This document shows, one piece after another, positions 14,223 through 26,342 of a stretch of 64,000 nt of DNA. The position numbers and the translations under genes are program-made. This DNA comes from Marsupella aquatica (lineage: Eukaryota > Plantae > Marchantiophyta), in contig OZ316891.1 of assembly GCA_973895155.1 (NCBI GenBank), positions 18,409,987-18,473,986 of the forward strand, written 5' to 3'. Under the pieces are notes generated by a model. That model saw only the letters and a list, made by a program, of their open reading frames with translations, made no database searches and was not told where the DNA came from. Within the stretch, counting starts at the first letter, position 1, and each line of letters begins with the position of its first letter.

Positions 14223-14959
14223 ACCAACCTCACTAGGTCTAGTTCGATGACCCGAAGCAGAACGATTATCAGCTAAGAAAGATGGGCTCCTTCTGAAACG
14301 ACCTCAAGCAGCTCAGTGGTTTGCAATGGTGAACACAAAAGCAGCTTTACAAGAGAGAGAGCAGCGACCGCAGTAAATCGCAACGCAAGTTCTAATGAAG
14401 CCTCTGCAATTTGAAACCTACTCTCGGCGGCAACAAGCTGGGCACAGCACGGTTCAGGAGCTAGAGACGGATCGAGAGAGAAAACAGAAAGGTGCGCTAA
14501 CTGCGACCAATGAGCAAACAAATCTGTCCTTCGCAGCACCGACTGACTGTGATCGAGCTGTGAGCCAACATTTCCTTCACAGCACATAGGCATTCCCCAC
14601 TTTACAGTCCAGCTCACCAAAAGGACTGCAGCAGAAGTGCCAGCCATCCATACCTGAGTGGTTACAAAGTTTTCGAGCTACACAGATGGCGGACTCGCAT
14701 GCCTTCAGATTTCAGAAGGGAAATCTGGTTGGAAGAGTGATGTCATTTGCGAGCTGGCGAAGTTACGGCTGCCTGTCATCTACTGTAGTGTGGTCCCATT
14801 ATTATTAGTTTTTCCTTTGGAACAGTCCAAGAAGGTACCTTCTTTCGCTTATTAAAGGGGGTGAATCAAGCGAAACTTTCAAGTCTACTCTAGGGTCCCC
14901 CTCCTTCTCCCCCTTCTTCCCCCCCCCCCACCCTTATTGGGCTTCATTGCCTTTGGGAC

Positions 14960-17900
14960 GAGATATGTACTTAGTGGACCTCCAAATGCAACTTTTTCTC
15001 TTAATGGACCAAAAGTTGCACACGCCTTCCAGTGGACCCCAACATTTAGATTCTCTCCCAATGGACCCCCGAGCCCACTCCGTACATTCAAGCATGTTCT
15101 TCTGAAACACCTTACCACACAGTTAAGGTCCACTACGTACCATGTGGACACCGTGGTTGGTCATGTGTAGTAGGCCATCAATAACGTTGCAGTCCACAAG
15201 CATCGTAGCCCTTGCCGCAATTGAGCACCGCAGCACCATGGCTTCCTAGTTTTTGTGAATACAATATGACTATTGTATTCAAAACTACAATAGCCGCAAT
15301 CTAGAACAATTGAAAGAATACAACATGGTCAATGTATTCACTCTACACATGCAATGACATGTCACGATTCTAGGTTGCGTCTGCTTTGCTAGTTCATCGT
15401 TAGGGATGAGGGCACGATCATTTGCGCATGCATGCCTTCTCTTTGGCGAGGGTTTAGGATTTTAGGTGGCCGCCGATAGGAATGGTGATCGAGAGAGGAG
15501 GATTGTTTTAGGGATTTGACTATTGGAGACCAGGCAGCTCGTAGACGGATCGAAGGCCTGTCAAGCTGGTGAAGGGAGACTACGAAATGAATCGGGATTG
15601 CCTGTCGGGCAATTTGGAGTGAATGCACAGTGATTCAAGGAGATCAACAAGTGCCTGCCTTGGTTGAGTTCAAAACTCACCATCTCTCGTCCTGCAAAGA
15701 AACCACAAAAATCGAGCAGCACCAGTGGGAAGAAGACGGAAGGTGTATCATGGATTCGTTTGAGGTCTATTGCAAAGCTAAGATGGCAGATGACCAAGCA
15801 ACGAAAGAAGAATCAGCTCAAGGAAGACTATTGTGTTTCAACTTTGGGGAAGAGTGAGCCATCTATCCCATCCAAATCGATCCTTGTTTGTCTGATTAAG
15901 GTGTTCCACATTCGAATCTAGGAGAAGAAGGGTTGGGGCTGCTTGGTAGACAAAAATTTCTTTGAGATGTTGGAGGAGCATGTGAGCTCTGCTCCTATCA
16001 CCAATGTTGTCTATCACTCGTGCAGTAGTTGCCTGTGGATCAAAAATTGTATGCTTTGCAAGTCGATTGTCAAGTATTACAAGTACTTTTTCCAAAGAGA
16101 AATGTTGCTGCCCAGTCTGGCCAACCTTCAACAGGTCAGGAGAGTAGAGAAGTCGTTGTCTACCAAACTTTAGGTTACTTTGAATGACAGAGCTCAAGCC
16201 AAAGAATCAGGGTAGAAAGGAAAGAAACCCAAGAAGCCAAAAGAACCCAAAAAGTAGCCTCCACAAACTGTTACGCCTCTTGTTGACACTCAGTAAGCCG
16301 ATGAGGTAAAATTTGCACTTCCAATGTAAGTACCCCATTTGTATACAATGATATCAATGTATGCACGATGGTTTAGTGCTCTTAGCCCGAATATTGCATT
16401 TTAGGTTCCTCCCAATAAAGAAGCAAAAGCCGACCAATCAAAGCAAAAAACAACAAAGAACCAAGAAATCTGCAGAGCCACATTTGCCCACACCGAACGA
16501 CAATACCACCCTTCCTGTAGATTCTCAGCAAGCTGACCAGGTAACATTTACTGATCAAAGATCTTCTCAACATCTAGTGTGGAGAATGTTTTCTCTTTTA
16601 CAACACTACAAATTCAAGAGTATGACATTATGTTGGGGTTGCATACCATGATGTTCATGTATACTTAATGTTTGAATGTGCTTGCACCCGAGTACTGCAT
16701 TTTAGGTTCCTGAATCCAATGAAGGACCTAAACTCGACCAAATTAAGAGGACATCAACAAGAACCAAGAAATTGGTACAACCAAAGAAGCCCGCGCCTGA
16801 GGTAACCGTCTTTTCAATAGGCCCGAGAGGAACATTCCACAGTACTAGACATAGTGGTAAATGTATTCTATGTGCAACAATACTTATTTGATTTAAACAT
16901 CCAATAACCTTTCTCGTAACCTTTGCAATTACAGGTTCCAAAGGAAGGAGAGCAGACAACGGCAACCGCAGAGACGGAAACAAGTCAACATAGACGTTCA
17001 AAGAGGAAGCAAAACATTGCTCCCGCCCAAGAGAAAATTGCTGAAACAAAAAAGATGACCAAAAACAAAACCAAGGTAAGTACAAATAATTACTTACCTT
17101 GGTACTCGCTGGCCATAATATATAGGGACTAAACACATGATTGATTTTATACTTATTTATGCCTTACAATTGCACGATTCGTTTGAACAAGCGGAGGATG
17201 TCGATGCTCAACCAGGACCAGAGGGAGGCAGCGCTATTGATACTGAGGGTATTGCCCTTCCACCAAATGTGTATGCAATCCCATTAGGAGAGGTGACTAC
17301 ACCGGTAGGGGTGAGCTAATTAATTTTGACCGGTGGCTACGATTCATTGGTAAGATATGTTTGTTTGCTGATTGCTTTTATATGTGAATTGGCAGGAGTA
17401 CTAGAAACTACCTGATGTGCAACCAGACCCATATGCAAGTAGACGTCGGACTAAGTCAATAGTTTGTGGGCCATTGTGCAAAGTGAATTTGTAATCCCGG
17501 GTCTGTATCACAAGAGGTCACTGTGCTAGAGGATGACATTTTGGATACCTTGCACGCATCACAAATTCACCAAGACTGCAGCCAGGCTGATGTTAGCTCT
17601 TTCCGCAAGGCAATTAGTGGTGGACTTCACCACCCAGCGCCCTCACCAATCCCAACACTCACGCCTGAGTGCCCTTGGTGCCCGAATGCCTCCACGGAAT
17701 ACCTCAAGCAAGCAACCTAGTGCCCCTTTGCACCGCCAGCGGCCCCGCCCATACGAAGCCGCACTTGCTCTCTAACACGACCGCTACTCAATGGTCCTCC
17801 CTATCTGCACAAGCAACCAAGCACCTCGGTAAGTAACCCTTCAGGATCTAGAACTCGCCAAGTCTAGCATCCTAACTCTTGAGCTCAACAGACGTTGGTA

Positions 17901-20459
17901 AATAGGTCAACGATAGGTCCTCCCGATGCCATAAGCCCAAACTAGAACCCACGTCCACTGTTCGTCCAGAATAGCTTCTTCCTTGGGCGCGGCCCGGTTC
18001 CCCCTCGTACCTATCCATCACCAATTGACTGCCCTGACCTCAGGACATGCTCATGGCCCAAATAGCGTAGCTTATCCTAAAGCTTGTCCCAAGACGCCGA
18101 GACCAGAACGGTCCCGACTCTAGCAACCGCTCCCGGTTTGCCCCACTGGTGGTCTAGGGGCCAAGCACCCTTGGAACTCAGCCTCCGCACATACTTGGCC
18201 TTGCCTCCCCAACGCAAGCTCCCTTGGGAGACTGAACGCGGCTTGGCTGCTATTCGGCAGGATTTGGCAAGCGGGCGAGCTAACACCCACAAACCACGAG
18301 AACCCATGACACCCCTTGACCCATTTGAGCTCAGGAAGACGTAGCCCTCCTCAAGAGCTTTCCAACGCACCCAAGAAGTCCTCCAACGGACTTCCCGTTG
18401 GGGAGATATCGCCATTTCTGTTTGACGGTTTTTCTTAGTGTTGCGACCGCCGCGGCTCATGACTTCGGCTCGGCCTTAGCCCCTCATATATGCTTCTAGA
18501 GACCTGCCACCCCCTGACCAGCTTTGGTCCCTAAACATTTGGCCCCCAACCCGGATCCCATTGCGCATAATGGGCGCGCCACCAACTGGCAACGCCCATA
18601 ACTTTCTTGATAGGCATCCGCAAGCGGAGTGCCTTAGCCCGTTGTGACCGGGCCGACCCAGTGCTCATGCCTAGGCCCTCAGGTCTGATCGCCGCTCGGG
18701 GCCCATAATCGGCCCAACCCGGATCGGGCCACAACTTGCGCCCCAAGCGTCCGTTGCCAATTGCGTCAACTCCATTGACCTTGGGCCCAAGAGGAGCTCA
18801 CTCCCAAGCCCTCAGAAGTCAAAGTCCATTCGAAGGTCCGGACGGCCATCCTTGAGCCCGGCCCATTTCCCCTTGACCCGACCAGCCATAGGCTACTCCA
18901 AGTCCTTAGTGTGTCCCCAGCTTGGCCCCTTGCCTCGCTAGTGCCACGTCTCATTGCCCACAAGTCTCCCATGCTAAGTCCTCCTCGGATGGCCTGGACC
19001 ATAAGGGAGCTCGACGCCGGAGCTAAGTGTTAAGGTAGTCGAGTTCCGTGACTCAATTGATATAAGCATGAGTAATGTGGATGAAAATTAGGGTACAGTT
19101 AGCAATATCTGACGAATAGTTTAGGGTGTCTAGCCCTATTTTGTCACCAATGTGTTTGTGATAATAAATATGACATGTTGTTTCATTTCTTGCTCTCTTT
19201 GAAGACTGTACAACATGATCTGTTTCAGGGATCTGTTCCAAAAATGGTCAGAGTAGACAAGAATGCCGAAACCATGATTGGACGGTATACATGCCACACA
19301 ATGTATTCATTACTCACACTTCAAAAATGGTATTCATGACTCCGCAACCTACAAATGGACAAACCATTTTTACCTTGGATATATAGTGGACATTGTATTC
19401 AAAGTTTGCACTTAAACAAAGTCAAGACTCCCCTACCTTACATACAGGCAACAAGGCTTGCTATAATGGACAAAAGCAAAACCTGTTCAACATAGAAATC
19501 GATATATGTGTGTTTTGCATACAATATGCATGTTGTATTCACATTTCCCCCGTCCTTACAACGAAGACACCCCCTTGCCGAAGCCTTCCCAAATGGACAA
19601 AATTTATCGTATTCCAACACAAAAATATAATTTGTCATGTATACACTTTGCACGTTGTATTCAAATTTCACACTTAGAAAAAAAATTTGTCCCTCTAACT
19701 TTACGAACTTGACGCCCCCACCAAAACCTGCCCAAATGGACAAAACCTATTGTATTTCAACATAGAAATATGATTTGTCATGTATACACTTTGCACGTTG
19801 TATTTAGATTTCACACTTAGAAAAAAACTTTGTCCCTCCGACTTTACGAAGATGCCCCCCCCCCCGCCGAAGCTTGCCCAAATAGACAAAAACTATAATT
19901 GTATATTACACACATATATGATTTGTCATGTATACACTTTGCACGTTGTATTTGGATTTCACATAGACTTAGAAAAAAACTTTGTCCCTCCAACTTTACG
20001 AAGACGCCCCCCGCCAAAGCCTGCCCAAATAATCAAAACCTTTTGTATTACAACACAGAGAAATGATTTGTCATGTATATACTTTGCACGTTGTATTCAG
20101 ATTTCACACTTAGAAAAAATAAAATTCCCTCCGACTTTACAAAAATGCCCCCCGCCAAAGTGACGGTTCATGTTTGTATGCATTGTGGTCAATGTATACA
20201 TGCGGGATACATTGATTCACTAAGAACTGCGATCGTAGTCGACCACATTCGGCGACGCGGTCAAACACTGAAGAACAGTAGAACATGTTGCGTTTTATAG
20301 TGACAATCTCGCGTTATAAGAACTGCACAATGTGTTAGAAGAACATCTCACACAAAATGGCACCTTTGGTGGGCCCAGAGGTCCATTGGGAGGGCGTGTG
20401 CAACTTTTGGTCCATTAAGAGAAAAAGTTGCATTTGGAGGTCCACTAAGTATATCTCTC
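14960..20459. mobile_element. Non-autonomous Mutator-like element (MULE), 5.5 kb
   Basis: Long TIRs start GAGATATGTACTTAGTGGACCTCCAAATGCAACTTTTTCTCTTAATGGACCAAAAGTTGCACACGCC (14960-~15040), with the reverse complement at ~20380-20459. Perfect 10-bp TSD CCTTTGGGAC at 14950-14959 and 20460-20469. No MuDR transposase motif recognised inside. Confidence 0.93.
19480..20160. repeat. ~145-bp subterminal tandem array (~4.5 copies) inside the MULE
   Basis: tgtcatgtata(c/t)actttgcacgttgtatt...cttagaaaaaa recurs at 19633, 19776, 19924 and 20069. Confidence 0.9.
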
Positions 20460-21272
20460 CCTTTGGGACCCTCACTCCAGGTTTAACCTTTTTGCCCTTT
20501 GGCAGTGTGATATATATCCATCCACTACAACACTATGGCCCTCTATTGCGAACCGGAATCCATCGCAAACAACAAAGGGACACAAAAAATAAAATTGTCA
20601 CTTGCGAACCAACCCGCATCGCACTTTCCCATGCCAAGTCCTTTGCAAACGGACCTTCGCAACTCCATCGCAACTTTCAAAGCTAGTGCTTTTGCAAAAC
20701 AAACGCAACATTGCGATTCCCAAATCTTCCCAAAAAATGCCATTTCGCCACCATCGCCCACGTTGCGACGCAAATACGCTCGGAGTTTTTTCAAAGCAAC
20801 ATTGCTCGCACGTTTGTGAGCAAGTTTGTCTCGCAAAGTTGCGATATTGTATGGCTTTTAAATTTGCGATTAGTATTGAATCACTTCATTGTGAATCTGG
20901 GACAATCTCAAGATTTGCGATTGTTAAAATATCGCAATATTTGCAACATGTCTGTGGACGCTTGTTTTGTGATGAAAATATTCTCTGAAGTTGTGAAGGG
21001 ATGAGTGTCGCAATTGGTTCGCAAAAATGGGAAATCTTTGAAATTGGTTTGTAATTCCAGTTTAGGGTTCAGGCTTAGGGTATGAATGGAATAGGCCTTG
21101 TATGGAAGGCAAAATGGAAGGCAAAATCCGGAATAGATATGAAATTAATCAAAATGTGCAAAATTTACAAAATGTAAAGGTGCTAACCCTTACCAAAGGG
21201 GCATGTCAAATGCATGGAACATATAAACCCTAACTACGGGTCTAAACCACTAAAACCTGCCACCTAAATCCT

Positions 21273-23360
21273 CTAGAAAGGGGACTTCCTTCCCTTGCTT
21301 GCCTTCTTCCCCTTGGCCTTGTCCTTCTCTTTCTCCTTGCCCTTGCCCTTGCGGGTTTGCGCAGGGGGCGGTGGGACCTCCTCCTCCTCTTCCTGGTCAT
21401 CCTCCTGGTCCGCTTCCTCATCCCCCTCCTCATCTCCATCCTCCTCCTCCTGGGCTGCTGCACTACCGGAACCACTACCACGGGCTGATGCAAAAGATTG
21501 GTCTCCAGTGCTAGTGGGCCCGGCACGACTACCAGGAGCAGTGCTCAAATCCTCCTCGTCGCTACTAGCAGTGTCACCCTCCTTGTCAGAGGTACTATCC
21601 CCCTCTGGTGCCTGCTTCCACACAAACCAAAGGGTACCAATTAGTGGCTTGCCTTTAACCTTAAAAATGTCTTCACAATAATCTGTATCATGAATGCCAA
21701 GGGTCCAAAAATGTGAAAAGGCTCACCAACAACTCGTCAACTTGCCAAAATAGAGTCTCCTTTCCATGCTTCTGCCCCACCTCCATTTCTGTTGGGGTGA
21801 TCTTCCTCCTGTACTTCTTGTACTATGCATCATCAACACCCGCAAAAAACACCCGCAAAAAGAAGAGGAACAGCAAGGCATTAGGCCACATTAAACCTCA
21901 AATCATGTAGGTAGGAAATGTTGGGGTGGGTTTAGGAGGGTTATGGTGGGGGCCAAGGTGTTGGGGCCTTAAGGGCCAAAACTTAACATTAAAAAAAAGA
22001 CCGTTTTTGAATTTGCAAAGCCCATACCTTCGCAAAAAGCAGCATGATTAGGTTTGCAAAGCTGGTTGCGATGCGCGTTGCTTCACAAGTGCTTCGCAAA
22101 ATCTCCCCAAAAAATATTAATAATAGTGTTTGCAAACATGTTGCAAAGCAACACGCATCGCAAACGCTTCGCAAACTCTGTTACGACTCTGTTATGTCCA
22201 ACCCGAGTGTGCACGACCTAAAACGACTTGTAAGGTTCAACAGTAACTACTTACTAGCAAAAAGGAAACAATCGGGAGCCATTGCAAATGTCTTGAAACA
22301 AGAATTGGAGAAGGAAGGAGTGAAGGGAGGAGAGGGAGGCACTCACGAATGCTGCCTTGAGGCCGAGGAGGCCACCTTGACCAAGCCTGTGGGTTATGTT
22401 GGGCTTCTCCTGGATGCGCTCAGCTGCCTTGAGGAATTTCTTGGGCGGATCGCCGACATTTGCCACAACCTGCTGGAGTTGGGCCACCTTTTGCTCCATA
22501 GTTTTCAGGTCACGGTCAGACTTCCCGGCCTCTCTCGCCTTCTGGGCCTTTGCTAGCTTCTCAATGAATTCCTTGAGGAGCCTGGTTGCTTTGAGCTTCA
22601 CCTCAGTCTGGTAGAAGGCGTTCCAGACATCCTCAGAGAATTGCAGCGGCCGCTGTAGATTTATGTACTCCTCCAGGTCTCTCAGGTGAGCTATGATCTT
22701 CTTCCTATCGTGGTATCTTGCTTGGGACATAGAATTGCCAATTTTGTCTGCAAGCCATTGTGAGTCAATCTCTCCTCCATTTCAAAATGCATCCTTCACT
22801 TGATTCATGACTCGCCTCTGCTCTGCCTTCGAAACACTGCCCCACTCAACCCCTCGAGCAAAATTGGTTGACACAATGTGCCTGATTGTGCTCTTTGCCC
22901 CGAGATAAGCCAGCTCTGTTGGAATTCCTTCTTCTTCTAGAGTAATCAGGGGCAGCTTCTTCCTGGCCTCCTCTGTCTTTCTCTGCTCTTCCCCTTGCTT
23001 CCTGATCAGGTCTCGCTCTTCCTTCCTTCTCTTCTTTTCCAGGGCATGAGGGGAGAGGACACCGGCCTTCGCCCTCTCATCTCTCTTCCTCTTCTTCTCA
23101 ATAGACTTCTGCTCCGCTGCCTTCTTCTCCTCCTCATCCCTTGCTGCGTGCCCTGCAATCATACCAAATTGCAATGCCTGGCCTAAAATTGCACTCAATG
23201 ATCCCAGCCCTGCTAGTGTGGTCAAATCCAGTTTGCTCAATTGTGCCACGGAAAAGTGCTTGTCCACCATCTTCTGCAGTTGGTCCTCCCCCCCTCTGTT
23301 ACCCCCATTGCTACCAGAAGCTCCATCACCTCCAGCACTACCTCCTTCGCTCGCAATCAC
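21273..23360 (-). pseudogene. CACTA ORF2 / TnpA-like accessory gene, transcribed divergently from the transposase; one in-frame stop
   Basis: Exons 23360-22347 (TGA at 22782-22784, frame continues), 21822-21727 and 21659-21273, joined in phase 0 by GT-AG introns. Features: coiled-coil K/E region, W-rich helical segment, HRLGQGG motif reminiscent of Ptta/En/Spm ORF2 (Transposase_24), and an acidic/basic tail. Confidence 0.7.
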
Positions 23361-24935
23361 TGTGCCTGCACCCTAACCTTCGCTCTTCCGATGAAAAAAT
23401 GCACTCTCCCGGCCGTTCCGCGCTCGGGATTCATAAGGGTCAATGGAGATAGGGTTTGTGAAACTCTACGCATCTCAACTTGCGATGCAGAACCTTTCGC
23501 CAAAAGCATCGCAAACGCCTCCATTTGCGAAGTTATTTTGTTCACAACGAGGTTTTCGCATGAGATTGCGAAGATGTTCTTCTCGCACCCATCACGTGTG
23601 AATTTGAATTTTGAATTAAGGTGGGGGGTATACTTAAGCGGGTGTATAAGTGATAAGACTAATAAGCTAAGGTATGTAGGAGGGGTTTTAAGGTTGGAGG
23701 GATATGAAGGATGGTGTATCCTATTGTTGTTTGAGATTATGGCCAATTTAGGAGAGATAAATGATTTGGGTTTGTTTGAAGTAAGGGTCTGATGGTAATT
23801 TTGGAGGGTGAGACCTTGGCTTTGGCATTGGGTACTAACATATGGTAAGAGGGATTTGGCATGTGAAGTTTTGGTCATTTAGGAGGGTAAGAGGGGTTTT
23901 GGCATTTGCTCTTTACAGGAACATAGGAGGGCTTAAGTGGTGAGGGTTTAGGGTCAGATTATGTTAATTTAGGAGGGTAAGACCCTCGGCTTTGGCATTT
24001 ATGGTTTATGGTAACTTATGAGGGTAAGAGGGGGTTGGTGTTTGGATGTTATGCTAACATAGGAGGAGAACATAATATATAAGATGCAGGGTGACCATTA
24101 CTTTGGTGGATTTTGACAAATGCATAGGCATTGTGGGAGCTTGGGCATCTGAAAGGTACAAGGTGTATGTATTGGTGTGGTTTTGTTTTTCATTGGACAT
24201 ATATACTTTGGCAAATATATATATATTTTTAGGGGCCCACAGTTTGGGGTAAAAGAAGCATTGCAACTTGAGTTGCATACAGTTTTTCCCTCCTACTCTT
24301 CGATATGGTTTTTTGAACCATAAGACTATTAGGCACTATTGAGCCCAAGCTCCATAGAGGTATTTTCCATACTTCATTTGAGGTTTACAATTTTTAGGGT
24401 TTTCCAAGGGTCTAAAGTGGTTCTCTTCTAGAGTTGTTGAAGGGAGGGAATTGAATGAGTTTTTCTCTGTTTGGGTTTATCCTAACAAATGAGGGAAAAA
24501 ATCTATGCTTACATGATACATTGCAGGCCATCAATTTCCTCAACTTTTGAGTAATGTTAATGCATATGCATTGTGGGAGCCCGGGCATCTGCAAGGTAAA
24601 AATATATACTCTGTAGGGTTTTTAATGTGTGACCTATTTTTTCATGTACATGTATATATTTGGGGACCAACAACTTGGAACAAGTTAGCTAATGATTGTT
24701 TTAATGCACGTTATATCTGTAGTTTTTTCTTCCTACTTCCAGATTTGGCTTATTTTCCTTGAGCCACATGACCTATAGGCACTGCTGAGCTGGGGTCCCA
24801 TACAGGTATTTTCTATGTACTTGAAACTTATTTTTGGACCTCATTTTTGGAATGGTTGAGTGGCTTCAATTGTTACCTAGAAGGTTGCTAGTTGGCCTAT
24901 ATTATGCTAATCATGTTGTACCCTAAATTTTGCAG

Positions 24936-25171
24936 TGGATATATCTTCCTCCTCAGAACTTTCCAGCAGTGACTTCTCCTCCTCTGATGAGGATATACCA
25001 CCTCCTCCTGAACCTGAAGTTACCGGTCCTCCTCGTGGTCCACCCCGACAACTCTGTCAATGCACCAGATGTGTGGGCCAAATTTCTCAAAAATCTTATG
25101 TATGTGCTCAACATATTGAGAGATATGGCCGTCATAGAGGTCTTACTCCGGGGGCTTCTTCATCCCATATG
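24936..25171 (+). CDS. CACTA exon encoding an acidic/Pro stretch plus a transposase-associated Zn-finger-like motif
   Basis: TTGCAG acceptor ending at 24935. Encodes CQCTRC-x13-H-x3-YG, like the CPCxxC...HL..G transposase-associated domain. Donor ATG|GTGAGT at 25171/25172 (phase 0). Confidence 0.7.
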
Positions 25172-25269
25172 GTGAGTGTGTAACAATACTTTGCTATTTT
25201 CTCCTCATATTCTTACAAGTGAACCAATGTTTACACCTATGGTTGTTTGTGGGTTTTTGGATGAAATAG

Positions 25270-26100
25270 GGATCCAACATGCGTAGAGTGGTGACACCAC
25301 CACCCTATGTCCCATCACAAGGGGTTCTAGATGCTATAGGAAATGCACTTTCACAAGCCTTGGGTGTAGGGATGAGCACCATTCATGGGGAAGAAGAGGA
25401 ACAACCTCAGGTGCCTAGTGGGACACGAAGACCGCGGTCCAGGCCCGAGTCCAGGAGGAGGCCACGAGCGCCCACTGACCCATCCAGAACACTTGTTGAG
25501 GGTAGGTGGGGTATATGTGAGTTCACTGGCAAGTGTGCTTCTATCATCAAGATGTGGGATGCCTCGACTCTTGGCTTGCCATATTTTATAGGTTTTGATG
25601 AGGAGGTTGGGGTTTGGGGTAGACGTTGGGTTGTGAAGGCTTCGACGCTTGGAGAGAGACATGGCTATGGGGTTTTTGCTTGTGAGGACATCATTGTGGA
25701 CGATGTGAGTGGGTCAAGTGTTCGTGGTAGAGAGGGTCCTACTTTGTTCCCATACGGTGGACCCATCTACAAGAGAAGACACTTGAACATGATCCTTGCA
25801 CAACATCCTGAGTGGAAAACATATGCCTTAGAGATGGATACTTTTGATGGTAGCACTAGAAGGTATAGTGAACAGCGAGTGATAGACGGTGACCCCATAC
25901 GTAATGGGAATATTGCTGGCTTCATAAATAGTACTGTGGGGAGTCGGCCCAAGCGTAGGGCCAATTGTGAGTGAGTTTTTATTGATGGTCCAATGTCGGC
26001 ACCATATGGTGAGAGATATCATAAGGACCATTGCTTAGTTCTTGCTACTAGGACCATTAGAGCTGTCGATGAGTTATTCACACACTACGAGTGGGATTAG
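25270..26100 (+). pseudogene. SET-domain (lysine methyltransferase-like) exon embedded in the CACTA transposase gene; one premature stop
   Basis: SET motifs in canonical order: STLGERHGYGVFACEDI, PYGG, YALEM, IDGDPIRNGNIAGFINST..ANCE, then TGA 25972-25974 (probably from TGG), then VLATRTIRAVDELFTHYEWD* ending at 26100. TAG acceptor at 25267-25269 is in phase 0. Confidence 0.85.
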
Positions 26101-26342
26101 GCTGCCATGTCATCACCTTTGCCATATTTTGTACTAGAGACTTACCTTTATGTATATGGCCTTGGCCTCATTTTGGAGTAATACATTTAGGCCTCATTTT
26201 GGAGCAATACATAATTTACTTTGTATTATTTATGTTTATGCAAATGTTTTTACCTTAAGTTACTTAATTTTTTGTCTAAAGTATGTATTACTTTACCTGG
26301 TAAATCATACATGAAGAGGATTTTTGGTTGTATTGTCCATAG

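Noticed and set aside
19480-20160. Regular repeats that could look like a CRISPR array
   Set aside because: Whole ~145-bp units are homologous with no unique spacers, there are no cas genes, and the context is a eukaryotic TE.
23241-23878. Overlapping 183-aa and 173-aa ORFs in the CACTA-1 spacer
   Set aside because: They run through motif-rich and GA-rich repeats and have no protein-like features.
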